Shown: positions 1 through 6,171 of the stretch, one piece after another | Layout: every line of letters begins with the position of its first letter | How positions within the stretch are numbered: the stretch's first letter is position 1 | Origin: a virus | DNA: 41,918 nt | Virus record (IMG/VR): IMGVR_UViG_3300045988_017465 | Direction: 5' to 3' (one strand) | Notes under the pieces: generated by a model | Databases searched by the model: none | Seen by the model: the letters and a program-made list of their open reading frames with translations, nothing else | Told to the model about the DNA's origin: nothing | Program-made: the position numbers and the translations under genes

Positions 1-180
1 GGAGACCCTGGCATCGCCGGAGACCCTGGCATCGCCGGAGACCCAGGCATCGCCGTAGACCCTGGCATCGCCGGAGACCCTGGCATCGCCGGAGACCCAG
101 GCATCGCCGGAGACCCTGGCATCGCCGGAGACCCTGGCATTGCCGTAGACCCTGGCATCGCCGGAGACCCAGGCATTTCC
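1..180 (-). repeat. 18-bp tandem repeat, 10 near-identical units (consensus GGAGACCCTGGCATCGCC), coding
   Basis: Units start at 1, 19, 37, 55, 73, 91, 109, 127, 145 and 163. They differ only at 1-3 positions (ccctgg/cccagg, ggagac/gtagac, atcgcc/attgcc/atttcc). Each encodes G-[DN]-A-[RW]-V-[SY] on the minus strand. Confidence 0.95.
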
Positions 181-324
181 GTCCTGATCCAGGTTGCTTT
201 CTTTTTCGATCCAACCGCCGAGTTCCCCAGCAACCACATCCGCAAAGGCTGCCAGTGCCTTAATACGGTGCATGGTTGTCGTGCCAATTTTCATGGTTTC
301 GTTGGTTAATTCGTACTTTTTCAT
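1..324 (-). CDS. Hexapeptide-repeat (beta-helix-like) protein, 5' part; continues across the junction at 41918..41600
   Basis: ATG at 324..322 with AAAGGAA upstream. No stop before the left edge, so it is absent from the ORF track. Own translation: [48 protein letters not shown], then [30 protein letters not shown] and further hexapeptide units. Confidence 0.8.
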   Translation of the reverse strand, partial: MKKYELTNETMKIGTTTMHRIKALAAFADVVAGELGGWIEKESNLDQDGNAWVSGDARVYGNARVSGDARVSGDAWVSGDARVSGDARVYGDAWVSGDARVSGDARVS

Positions 325-350
325 TTCGCATTTCCTTTCAGCGTTTTTCA

Positions 351-1043
351 CTATTCTTGTGCCAACACACGCCGTATAGCTTCCAGTTCGGCATCCCCAA
401 GTTCTCCGGATGCGCCCTTCGGAATATCCGGTTTCCCCCATCTGGGGGCAGGGAAAGCACTTTCCTGCTTTTCCCAGGTACGCACCGCCGCTTTCCAGTC
501 CTTCATCGGGTTTTTTCCCACCCGCCAGCCGTTTGCGGTGTAGTAGTCAACAAAACGTTGTGCATCTACCTGGTTTCCACGTTCCCGGCAATAGTCCGCC
601 ACATCCTGCACCGTGGGTGGGATAAACCGACTTGGCTTTTTGCAAGCTTCATTTTGCTGCTCTGTGGTGTGCGTGGGGGCGCAAGCCCCATATACACTAT
701 TCTCCTTTTCCTTTTCCTTTTCCTTTTCCTTTTCCTTGGCTTCTTTTGCATCCAATTGCATTTCTTCCGTGCTTTTGCATCCTTTTGCAGATTCATCGTG
801 CTTGTAGCGGCTAGACGCATTTTCGGACAATTTCTTGCATTTGCTCTTATATTTCTCATTATCTCTGTCAATTTGTCCTCGAATAGTCGAGAACACGAAC
901 CGCTCGTTGCCAGTGAGGCGCGGGGCTACGCCCGTCTTGCTGTATTCCAGACAAGCCGTGAATAGCCTCCCCCTCTCACCATCGTTGAGAAGTTCCATGG
1001 AATCGAGATAACTGTGGTATGCGCAAAAATATTCGACCGCCAT
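351..1043 (-). CDS. Replisome-organizer-like early protein (DUF6291-like N-terminus, conserved phage C-terminus)
   Basis: 230 aa. The N-terminus YFCAYHSYLDSMELLNDGERGRLFTACLEYSKTG and the C-terminus PTVQDVADYCRERGNQVDAQRFVDYYTANGWRVGKNPMKDWKAAVRTWEK resemble phage DnaD/replisome-organizer-type proteins from memory. It lies at the end of the replication module. Confidence 0.55.
   Translation of the reverse strand: MAVEYFCAYHSYLDSMELLNDGERGRLFTACLEYSKTGVAPRLTGNERFVFSTIRGQIDRDNEKYKSKCKKLSENASSRYKHDESAKGCKSTEEMQLDAKEAKEKEKEKEKEKENSVYGACAPTHTTEQQNEACKKPSRFIPPTVQDVADYCRERGNQVDAQRFVDYYTANGWRVGKNPMKDWKAAVRTWEKQESAFPAPRWGKPDIPKGASGELGDAELEAIRRVLAQE
704..737 (-). repeat. Hexanucleotide microsatellite (CCTTTT)x5 plus a partial unit, coding for (KE)n
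   Basis: Read directly: ccttttccttttccttttccttttccttttcctt. It lies in frame in the 351..1043 ORF and gives EAKEKEKEKEKEKEN. Confidence 0.95.
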
Positions 1044-1069
1044 ATATCAAACTTGCCATCCTTTCTTAT

Positions 1070-1516
1070 TTAGGCTTTCATAGCCTTGCGCATATCGATA
1101 ACGGTTGCCGGAATCGGTTCGATAACCTCGCCGGTTTCGGGGTCACACGGGATTTCCGGTTCTGCGTCAATCTGCATCTGACCGGGAAGACGGTTATGCC
1201 GCCCATATTCCTCTGCGAATACCTGGCCGGTTTTCAGGTTCTTCCCGATCATGAAAGCGGTCTGCATAGGGGCTTGTGCCGCCAGCTTTTCGGAAACCTT
1301 GATTGCACAGGATACATCATCCCTGGCTTCGTTCTGGACGAACTTTAGTTCGATGCAGATTTTTCGACAATCCTTGAACGGGGTATTCGGGTCAGCCAGG
1401 TTTTCTACAACCCGCAGGAACGATTTTTCAAATTGTTCCTGAAGCGCACCGCCTACCATTTCCTGCAAAGAGATTTTTCCATTGTTTATCCTTCCTTTCT
1501 GAATGTGTACTGTCAA
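1070..1516 (-). CDS. Phage replication-terminator-like protein family
   Basis: 148 aa. The segment GGALQEQFEKSFLRVVENLADPNTPFKDCRKICIELKF matches my memory of the family annotated as replication terminator protein in Firmicutes phages. The start is uncertain: TTG at 1516 has no clear SD. Confidence 0.5.
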   Translation of the reverse strand: MTVHIQKGRINNGKISLQEMVGGALQEQFEKSFLRVVENLADPNTPFKDCRKICIELKFVQNEARDDVSCAIKVSEKLAAQAPMQTAFMIGKNLKTGQVFAEEYGRHNRLPGQMQIDAEPEIPCDPETGEVIEPIPATVIDMRKAMKA

Positions 1517-1545
1517 TATTTGGCAGAAAAGATTGATTTTTACGG

Positions 1546-2184
1546 TCAGAACGGCAATTGTGCGTCCTCGTCTTCCAGCATTGCGAAATCGGAAGACCCC
1601 GGGGTCTCATACCCGCCAAAGCTGGGGGCAGTGGATGAGTAATCAGGGGCAGGATAGGTAGGGGCAGGCTCAACCTTGTTTTTCAGGGGCTTGTCTTTCG
1701 GCAATGTGTAGGAGCCGTCTTCCACACTGTCCACGCTGATGGCCCGGAAGGGGCGCACGGACCAGCCGGACTTTCCGTTCCACTCCCATTCCTCGTTACG
1801 GAAGATCACGCCAACTTCCTTCTTGGCGAGGCTGTTCTCGTCCCAGTTCCACCGATAGCCACGGTTGGATTCTTCCACTGCGGTCACAAAACCCTTCAGG
1901 ATCGATTTCGTCCACTCGTCCTTGTCGCTGCCGTCTTCCTTGGGCAGCCAGAGCCGCAGAACGCCCTTCCATTTCTTGTCCTCCCGCTGGTTCCGGTTGT
2001 AATCCTCCTGATAGTACCCGGCGTATTCACCGGCGTTGATATCGATCAGCACACACAGCTGCACACCGTAGTCGCTGGACTGTACGGCTGCCCGCTTGAT
2101 GGTGCATACATAAGCCCCAACGGGGAGCTTCTGAAAGTCGCTGTAAGCCTGCACATTGTCCCAATTGTTCGGTCTGGTAATCAT
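1546..2184 (-). CDS. DUF669-family protein with SSB-like acidic C-terminal tip (putative ssDNA-binding partner of the ATPase)
   Basis: 212 aa. ATGA overlap with the upstream ATPase gene. The C-terminus ...AMLEDEDAQLPF resembles the D-D-D-[IL]-P-F tip of SSB. Placement directly after a Sak4-like ATPase is typical of DUF669. Confidence 0.6.
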   Translation of the reverse strand: MITRPNNWDNVQAYSDFQKLPVGAYVCTIKRAAVQSSDYGVQLCVLIDINAGEYAGYYQEDYNRNQREDKKWKGVLRLWLPKEDGSDKDEWTKSILKGFVTAVEESNRGYRWNWDENSLAKKEVGVIFRNEEWEWNGKSGWSVRPFRAISVDSVEDGSYTLPKDKPLKNKVEPAPTYPAPDYSSTAPSFGGYETPGSSDFAMLEDEDAQLPF

Positions 2185-2813
2185 TTTTCATCGTTTCCTT
2201 TCTTATTTAGGTCATAATATTCCCGGATGGCATTGTCCACGGCTTTCAGATCATTGTCAATTTCAGTCGGGAACATGTCCATCGGAGACTTACATGTTGT
2301 GGTTCCGTCGCTCTGGGTTTCAAAGACGTGCTTTTTCCCGTCCGTCCAGCACAGCAGGACGATTGAAAACAGTCCCTCAAGGGTTAGCTGGTTGTCCAGC
2401 ATCTTGCCCAGGGTTTTTGCTCTGGTTTTGCCGGTGTTGCTGTCCTGGTCAGTGTGGTGGAGAAAATAAACAATCACGTCCGGCGGCGTCTGGGTGATGA
2501 CGAATTGCACTAAATTGTAAAAATGCAGTGCCATGTCGGTATATTTGCCATAGCCGGTTTCCTTGGCCTTGGCGAAGGATTCAAAGCACATAAGGTATTG
2601 ACTATCATCAATCACAAAAGCTTTTTTCTCGCTTCGCTTGATTACCGCCATAATCTTTCCATAATCGGCGGTATTGCCAACCGGAAGTTTTTTTCGGAAG
2701 GGGAGCGGCTTACCCGCTACGTTGATGATGCTCACATCGGCAGGCTCAAAATTCCGCAGGCTTGCGGATTTGCCGGAACCGGATTCTCCCAAGATAAGTA
2801 CGGGGATTCCCAT
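2181..2813 (-). CDS. AAA/RecA-like ATPase (Sak4-like recombinase family, AAA_24-type)
   Basis: 210 aa. Walker A is GESGSGKS at the N-terminus and a Walker B-like AFVIDDSQ follows. SD GGGGGTGG lies upstream of the ATG at 2813. Confidence 0.75.
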   Translation of the reverse strand: MGIPVLILGESGSGKSASLRNFEPADVSIINVAGKPLPFRKKLPVGNTADYGKIMAVIKRSEKKAFVIDDSQYLMCFESFAKAKETGYGKYTDMALHFYNLVQFVITQTPPDVIVYFLHHTDQDSNTGKTRAKTLGKMLDNQLTLEGLFSIVLLCWTDGKKHVFETQSDGTTTCKSPMDMFPTEIDNDLKAVDNAIREYYDLNKKGNDEK

Positions 2814-2825
2814 ATGTCCACCCCC

Positions 2826-3314
2826 TTACCGGATTCTCAAACTCTCGCCCCGTTCGCCCAGAGTGGCGAAGGGAAGGGAGTTCCCGGCTTCCAGGTATTC
2901 CCGGATTTTTGCCGTATCCGGTGTTCCTGGCTTTAGCCATGCCGCCGGAACATCTCCCTGAAGCTCTACCGGCTTCACACCGCCGTTTTTCTGGATATTG
3001 AAGGAGAACAGTGCGGTCTTGAAATTCGTCCGGCCTGTGGCCTTCATGGTGTCGAATAGCCGCTGCTTCAATGCGGCCTGCCGGTTCTTAACAGCGGTCT
3101 TCCGCTCCTGAAGCCGCTTGATCTCGGCATCAATCTGGGCGGCATCCCCGTCCATGCTCTTGATGATCTTTGCGTAACCGTCGGCCTTGATGTCCATGTC
3201 CGCCTCGATCATCTCGATTGTGTCGAATACTGCCTCTTCCGGAATTTCCGGGTCAAGCAGCATCTCGAACACGTTTTCCCATTCCTGGGACATTTCGTAC
3301 AGTGATAGTTTCAT
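2826..3314 (-). CDS. Siphovirus Gp157-family protein
   Basis: MKLSLYEMSQEWENVFEMLLDPEIPEEAVFDTIEMIEADMDIKADGYAKIIK... plus a coiled coil, typical of Gp157. I prefer the ATG at 3314 (SD GGGAAAGGA) over the track GTG at 3341. Confidence 0.65.
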   Translation of the reverse strand: MKLSLYEMSQEWENVFEMLLDPEIPEEAVFDTIEMIEADMDIKADGYAKIIKSMDGDAAQIDAEIKRLQERKTAVKNRQAALKQRLFDTMKATGRTNFKTALFSFNIQKNGGVKPVELQGDVPAAWLKPGTPDTAKIREYLEAGNSLPFATLGERGESLRIR

Positions 3315-3315
3315 A

Positions 3316-3344
3316 TTGACAAATCCTTTCCCAACTGACACAAT
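3316..3344 (+). promoter_or_regulatory. Candidate plus-strand promoter, antisense to the early operon: TTGACA-N14-TGaCACAAT
   Basis: TTGACA at 3316..3321, a 17-nt spacer, CACAAT at 3339..3344 preceded by an extended -10 TG at 3336..3337. Confidence 0.4.
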
Positions 3345-3350
3345 ATCAGT

Positions 3351-3418
3351 GTTATCTAATTTCCTTTCCGTGTGAACCGCTTCCGGGCTTTCATCCCTGC
3401 CCGGGGGCGGTTCTTTTT
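3351..3418 (+). ncRNA. Candidate ~68-nt antisense small RNA (promoter 3316..3344, intrinsic terminator 3374..3418)
   Basis: A 15-bp stem joins 3374..3388 (GAACCGCTTCCGGGC) to 3399..3413 (GCCCGGGGGCGGTTC). Two of the pairs are G-U only in the plus-sense RNA. The loop is 10 nt and TTTTT follows at 3414..3418. No plus-strand gene lies nearby. Confidence 0.4.
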
Positions 3419-3599
3419 ATGCTGGTTCGACCGCCTCGCCATTTTCCAGCCACCGTTCCAAGGCTTTGGCGGGGATCAGAATCCGGCCACCAACTACCTT
3501 TTTTGGGAAATCTGTGCAATGCACTAAATTGTACATGACGGTTCGGGAAACGCCGATAACGTTCGCCGCTTCTGTCACGCTGTAGGCCAGCTTTTCCAC
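3417..3599 (-). CDS. Small HTH DNA-binding protein (excisionase/MerR-type HTH_17 family)
   Basis: 60 aa with a GTG start. YSVTEAANVIGVSRTVMYNLVHCTDFP...ILIPAKALERWL is the classic Xis/AlpA-type winged HTH pattern. Confidence 0.7.
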   Translation of the reverse strand: MEKLAYSVTEAANVIGVSRTVMYNLVHCTDFPKKVVGGRILIPAKALERWLENGEAVEPA

Positions 3600-3613
3600 G
3601 ATTCCAGCCCCCC

Positions 3614-3799
3614 TTAAATCAAATCCACCTTGGAGACCCCAAGGGCATCCGCCAGCCGTTCCAGCAAGTCCAGGGACGGCTTTTTCACGCCGTGCTCGAT
3701 CTGGTTAATCATCTGGCTAGTGACATAGACCTTCGTCCCAAGCTCCTGCTGGGTCATGCCGTGCGCTTCACGCAGTTCCTTCATTTTTGTGTAGTTCAT
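3614..3799 (-). CDS. XRE-family HTH protein, Cro-like
   Basis: ATG at 3799 is preceded by AGGAGGAAAAGA. MNYTKMKELREAHGMTQQELGTKVYVTSQMINQIEHGVKKPSLDLLERLADALGVSKVDLI is a canonical XRE HTH. The track ORF is extended upstream without support. Confidence 0.8.
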   Translation of the reverse strand: MNYTKMKELREAHGMTQQELGTKVYVTSQMINQIEHGVKKPSLDLLERLADALGVSKVDLI

Positions 3800-4184
3800 T
3801 CTTTTCCTCCTTTCGCTGGGATAGCGGTTCATTCCGCTTGATAGCAATCCCACCCTTGTATGGATACCCCCGATATGGCACACCAAATTTCACATATGGC
3901 TCTAGTGCCGCAAATGATATTTGTGCGCTGCGGTTTCGGCGGTTCAAGCATCTGCTGTTCCACCCTGGTTCAGACGGGATAAACAGAATATGATCTTTCC
4001 CCATTTTCACCGTTATGTTATCCACGCCGAGCAGAAGCTTTTTCGCAAGTGAATTAAAGTTAACCAGGCAGCGTGTATAATCGTAGGAATAAAAGGTTAC
4101 GGTGGGGACTTTATATCTTCCTTTCCCGAAACTGCTGATATCCAGAAATTCTTCGCTTTCGTCGATTTCGATATCCGTTACCAA
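3768..4184 (-). CDS. Hypothetical early protein
   Basis: TTG at 4184 is preceded by GAGGAGGCGGAGG. 138 aa starting VTDIEIDESEEF.... It overlaps the Cro-like start by 32 nt. No family recognised. Confidence 0.5.
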   Translation of the reverse strand: MVTDIEIDESEEFLDISSFGKGRYKVPTVTFYSYDYTRCLVNFNSLAKKLLLGVDNITVKMGKDHILFIPSEPGWNSRCLNRRNRSAQISFAALEPYVKFGVPYRGYPYKGGIAIKRNEPLSQRKEEKNELHKNEGTA

Positions 4185-4387
4185 ACCTCCGCCTCCTCGT
4201 TGAAAACCGTCATGCTCTCTATGCACCGGGGGCAGTAGTAGTCCTTCCGGTCGTCCGCCTCGATGCACAGCACCATAGGCTCAGCTATCGGTTGCCCGCA
4301 CCGGGAGCAATGGGGAAGCCGTGCCATGTGCCTGTCCCAGGTGGATTCCCGCCGCTCTGCCTCCGTGTAAGGGGCGTTAATCTCCAC
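4178..4387 (-). CDS. Small zinc-ribbon protein
   Basis: Two CxxC pairs: HCSRCGQP...YYCPRCIES. I prefer the GTG at 4387 (GGGGTGAG upstream); the N-terminal part of the track ORF overlaps the upstream gene. Confidence 0.5.
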   Translation of the reverse strand: MEINAPYTEAERRESTWDRHMARLPHCSRCGQPIAEPMVLCIEADDRKDYYCPRCIESMTVFNEEAEVW

Positions 4388-4736
4388 CGATCTCACCCCA
4401 TTCCAGCTTTTCCTGCGCCGCCCGTGCAATTCGGGCGAAGAATACATAATTCGGGGCCTTGTCCTTCCAGGCCGGGACAGTTCCGTGCAGATAGCCATCC
4501 AAAACCTTGGATTCGCAGTTCCGGAAGGCGTACTTGATGCACTTCCGGATTCCTCGTTCTACCGTCGGTACGGAACAGCCGTACTTGACGGCAAGGGGCT
4601 TGTAGATATGCTTGTGCTCGCCGTTCATCCAGGCCAGGATAGCGTCTTCCAGCATGGGAAAGCCCAGCAAGTGCTCTCCTGCGCCAATGTCCAGAAGAAT
4701 GTCGGTGATTGCCTTTCTTGCTTTCTTTTCGTCCAT
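4377..4736 (-). CDS. Stand-alone Spo0A C-terminal (DNA-binding effector) domain homologue, no receiver domain
   Basis: ITDILLDIGAGEHLLGFPMLEDAILAWM...LAVKYGCSVPTVERGIRKCIKYAF...KAPNYVFFARIARAAQ aligns by eye with Spo0A_C of B. subtilis ([20 protein letters not shown]...TTASRVERAIRHAIEVAW...KPTNSEFIAMVADKL). ATG at 4736 has a GTGAGGAA SD. Confidence 0.65.
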   Translation of the reverse strand: MDEKKARKAITDILLDIGAGEHLLGFPMLEDAILAWMNGEHKHIYKPLAVKYGCSVPTVERGIRKCIKYAFRNCESKVLDGYLHGTVPAWKDKAPNYVFFARIARAAQEKLEWGEIGGD

Positions 4737-4740
4737 GGAT

Positions 4741-5139
4741 TTATTCCTCACTTTCATTTTCAAAAGGGTAGTACAGCCGGAAAATGTACGACGCCGGAAA
4801 GACTGCGCCGCCCAGGCAGAAGGCTGCCGCCGCCCACACCGGGAATGGGCTGAATGCGGCGAAACACAGCGTAGCCAGGCACACCAAAATATACCTCTTG
4901 ATGGCCTCCGAAGACTTGTACTCCCGCTCCATATCCTCCCGCATGGCCTTGTCCGCCGCCACCCGTTCGGCGATCCGCTCGTCCCGGCTGAGTGCCTGGG
5001 CAGCTCTGGCCGCCCGGTGGGCGTTGATGCCGGAGATCATTTCCACTTCGTAGGCATCAAGTGCCCGGTCTGCCGCCTGAGCGGCCTTTTCCTTCTGGTG
5101 GTATTCCAGATTTCGCTTGAAAATATCCTGAGTGTCCAT
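4741..5139 (-). CDS. Hypothetical membrane protein (coiled-coil N-terminus, hydrophobic C-terminus)
   Basis: 132 aa. The C-terminal segment YILVCLATLCFAAFSPFPVWAAAAFCLGGAVFPASYIF looks like two transmembrane helices. Confidence 0.6.
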   Translation of the reverse strand: MDTQDIFKRNLEYHQKEKAAQAADRALDAYEVEMISGINAHRAARAAQALSRDERIAERVAADKAMREDMEREYKSSEAIKRYILVCLATLCFAAFSPFPVWAAAAFCLGGAVFPASYIFRLYYPFENESEE

Positions 5140-5241
5140 AAAAAGTTACCTCTTCTCATGTTTTCCTTTCTGCTTGTTTGCCCTGCCTCATCGGCGCAGG
5201 TGGGGCAATCCCTGCGGACGGCCTTCTCAGACCGTTTCGGC

Positions 5242-5427
5242 TTAGTTGCTTGCTTTTTTGATCTTCTTGACCAGGAGGATGCACATGTCGTTCAGCTCGT
5301 AGTATATTTTCCGGATATCCTCGTCCTCAGTCATGCCATAGGGGTAGTTCTCAAAGCCAAACACCTCGATATTATTCTGTGCGTGGCGGACGCTGTTCAA
5401 AATCACGGTAAGTTCTTTTTTAGTCAT
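5242..5427 (-). CDS. Hypothetical early protein
   Basis: 61 aa. SD AAAGGAA lies upstream of the ATG at 5427. Confidence 0.55.
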   Translation of the reverse strand: MTKKELTVILNSVRHAQNNIEVFGFENYPYGMTEDEDIRKIYYELNDMCILLVKKIKKASN

Positions 5428-5489
5428 TGTTATCCATTCCTTTCTGTGTCGGGCGGGGCAACCTGCCCGGTTGTTACTTCTTTTGGATA

Positions 5490-5651
5490 TTATAGTAAGT
5501 CATCCCTATTGTCGCTTCCGTTTTCGATCTCCCATCTATCTGCGATACGTTCACCACCCGGAAACCTGTAAACTGGAAATTCTCCGTATTCTAAATACAG
5601 GAACATACCAATGTATCCGTCATAGGTTTTTACATATTTAGGATATTTCAT
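5490..5651 (-). CDS. Hypothetical 53-aa protein, first gene of the early leftward operon (below the ORF-track size cut-off)
   Basis: Own translation: MKYPKYVKTYDGYIGMFLYLEYGEFPVYRFPGGERIADRWEIENGSDNRDDLL. Strong SD: TTTGGAGGTAACAAC then ATG at 5651. Length is 162 nt, in frame. Confidence 0.55.
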   Translation of the reverse strand: MKYPKYVKTYDGYIGMFLYLEYGEFPVYRFPGGERIADRWEIENGSDNRDDLL

Positions 5652-5708
5652 GTTGTTACCTCCAAAAAGCTATCTAAATCCTTGAATTTTTCTGCTTGTT
5701 GTGTTATA

Positions 5709-5727
5709 TTGTAGGTGTTCCTTAACT
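5709..5727 (-). promoter_or_regulatory. Conserved box copy 1 (minus-sense AGTTAAGGAACACCTACAA) at about +2..+20 of the early promoter
   Basis: Plus strand TTGTAGGTGTTCCTTAACT. A near-identical copy lies at 11943..11963, in the same position relative to a second consensus promoter. Confidence 0.6.
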
Positions 5728-5735
5728 CTGGTTAC

Positions 5736-5764
5736 ATTATAATCCTAATAGTAGGATTTGTCAA
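5736..5764 (-). promoter_or_regulatory. Early leftward promoter, perfect consensus TTGACA-17-TATAAT, with a palindromic operator in the spacer
   Basis: Minus-strand read: TTGACA (5764..5759), AATCCTACTATTAGGAT (17 nt), TATAAT (5741..5736). The spacer holds the inverted repeat AATCCTA-N4-TAGGATT (5741..5758). Confidence 0.75.
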
Positions 5765-5773
5765 GCTATATTT

Positions 5774-5788
5774 TAGGATTTTATCCTA
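5774..5788. promoter_or_regulatory. Second operator-like inverted repeat TAGGAT-TTT-ATCCTA
   Basis: It has the same half-site (TAGGAT/ATCCTA) as the spacer palindrome. A third half-site, TTTTAGGAAAA, lies at 5791..5800. All sit between the early promoter and the repressor gene. Confidence 0.5.
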
Positions 5789-5820
5789 CTTTTAGGAAAA
5801 AAGTTTTGGGGGTGTTTCCA

Positions 5821-6159
5821 ATGCAGTTCGTTGAGAGGGTGGCAGCCCTCGCAAAAGAAAACGGGGTAACGGAAAAGCAAGTCCTGCTGGATTGCAAACT
5901 GAATAAAAATTTATTTGGCTTATGGCGGCAAGGAAGAATGCCCAGCACGGCGACAAAAAAAGTATTGGCCGATTACTTCGGCGTATCAGTGGAGTACCTA
6001 ATGGGTGAAACCGACGACAGGGGGCAAAAAAATAGCCCCGGTCAGATGACCGAGGCTGAAGGAGCGAAAAAGGCAATATTGGATTTGATTGATGGCATGT
6101 CGGACGATCAGCTTCAAAAGCTGGAAACGCTGATTCAGGCGGCAAAAAATGTTCTGTAG
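5821..6159 (+). CDS. CI-like repressor (XRE-family HTH)
   Basis: ATG at 5821 follows GGGGGTG. MQFVERVAALAKENGVTEKQVLLDCKLNKNLFGLWRQGRMPSTATKKVLADYFGVSVEYLMG is an XRE HTH. The gene is divergent from the early promoter. Confidence 0.8.
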   Translation: MQFVERVAALAKENGVTEKQVLLDCKLNKNLFGLWRQGRMPSTATKKVLADYFGVSVEYLMGETDDRGQKNSPGQMTEAEGAKKAILDLIDGMSDDQLQKLETLIQAAKNVL

Positions 6160-6171
6160 GGTGGCGAAAAG

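Noticed and set aside
1-180. The 18-bp direct repeats could be a CRISPR-like array or a non-coding satellite
   Set aside because: The units are contiguous with no spacers. They sit in one continuous ORF with a good start (324) and a stop (41600 after wrapping around), and each encodes a regular hexapeptide.
5140-5241. GC-rich hairpins (for example GCAGG-N10-CCTGC at about 5191..5210) as a terminator inside the early operon
   Set aside because: The stems are short with large loops. There is no U-tract in either orientation, so support for any defined function is insufficient.
5738-5743. Plus-strand TATAAT at 5738..5743 as the -10 of the repressor maintenance promoter
   Set aside because: No acceptable -35 lies 16-18 nt upstream; the nearest TTG-containing hexamers are 10 or 23 nt away. 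The hexamer is largely the mirror of the minus-strand -10. The rightward promoter remains unidentified.
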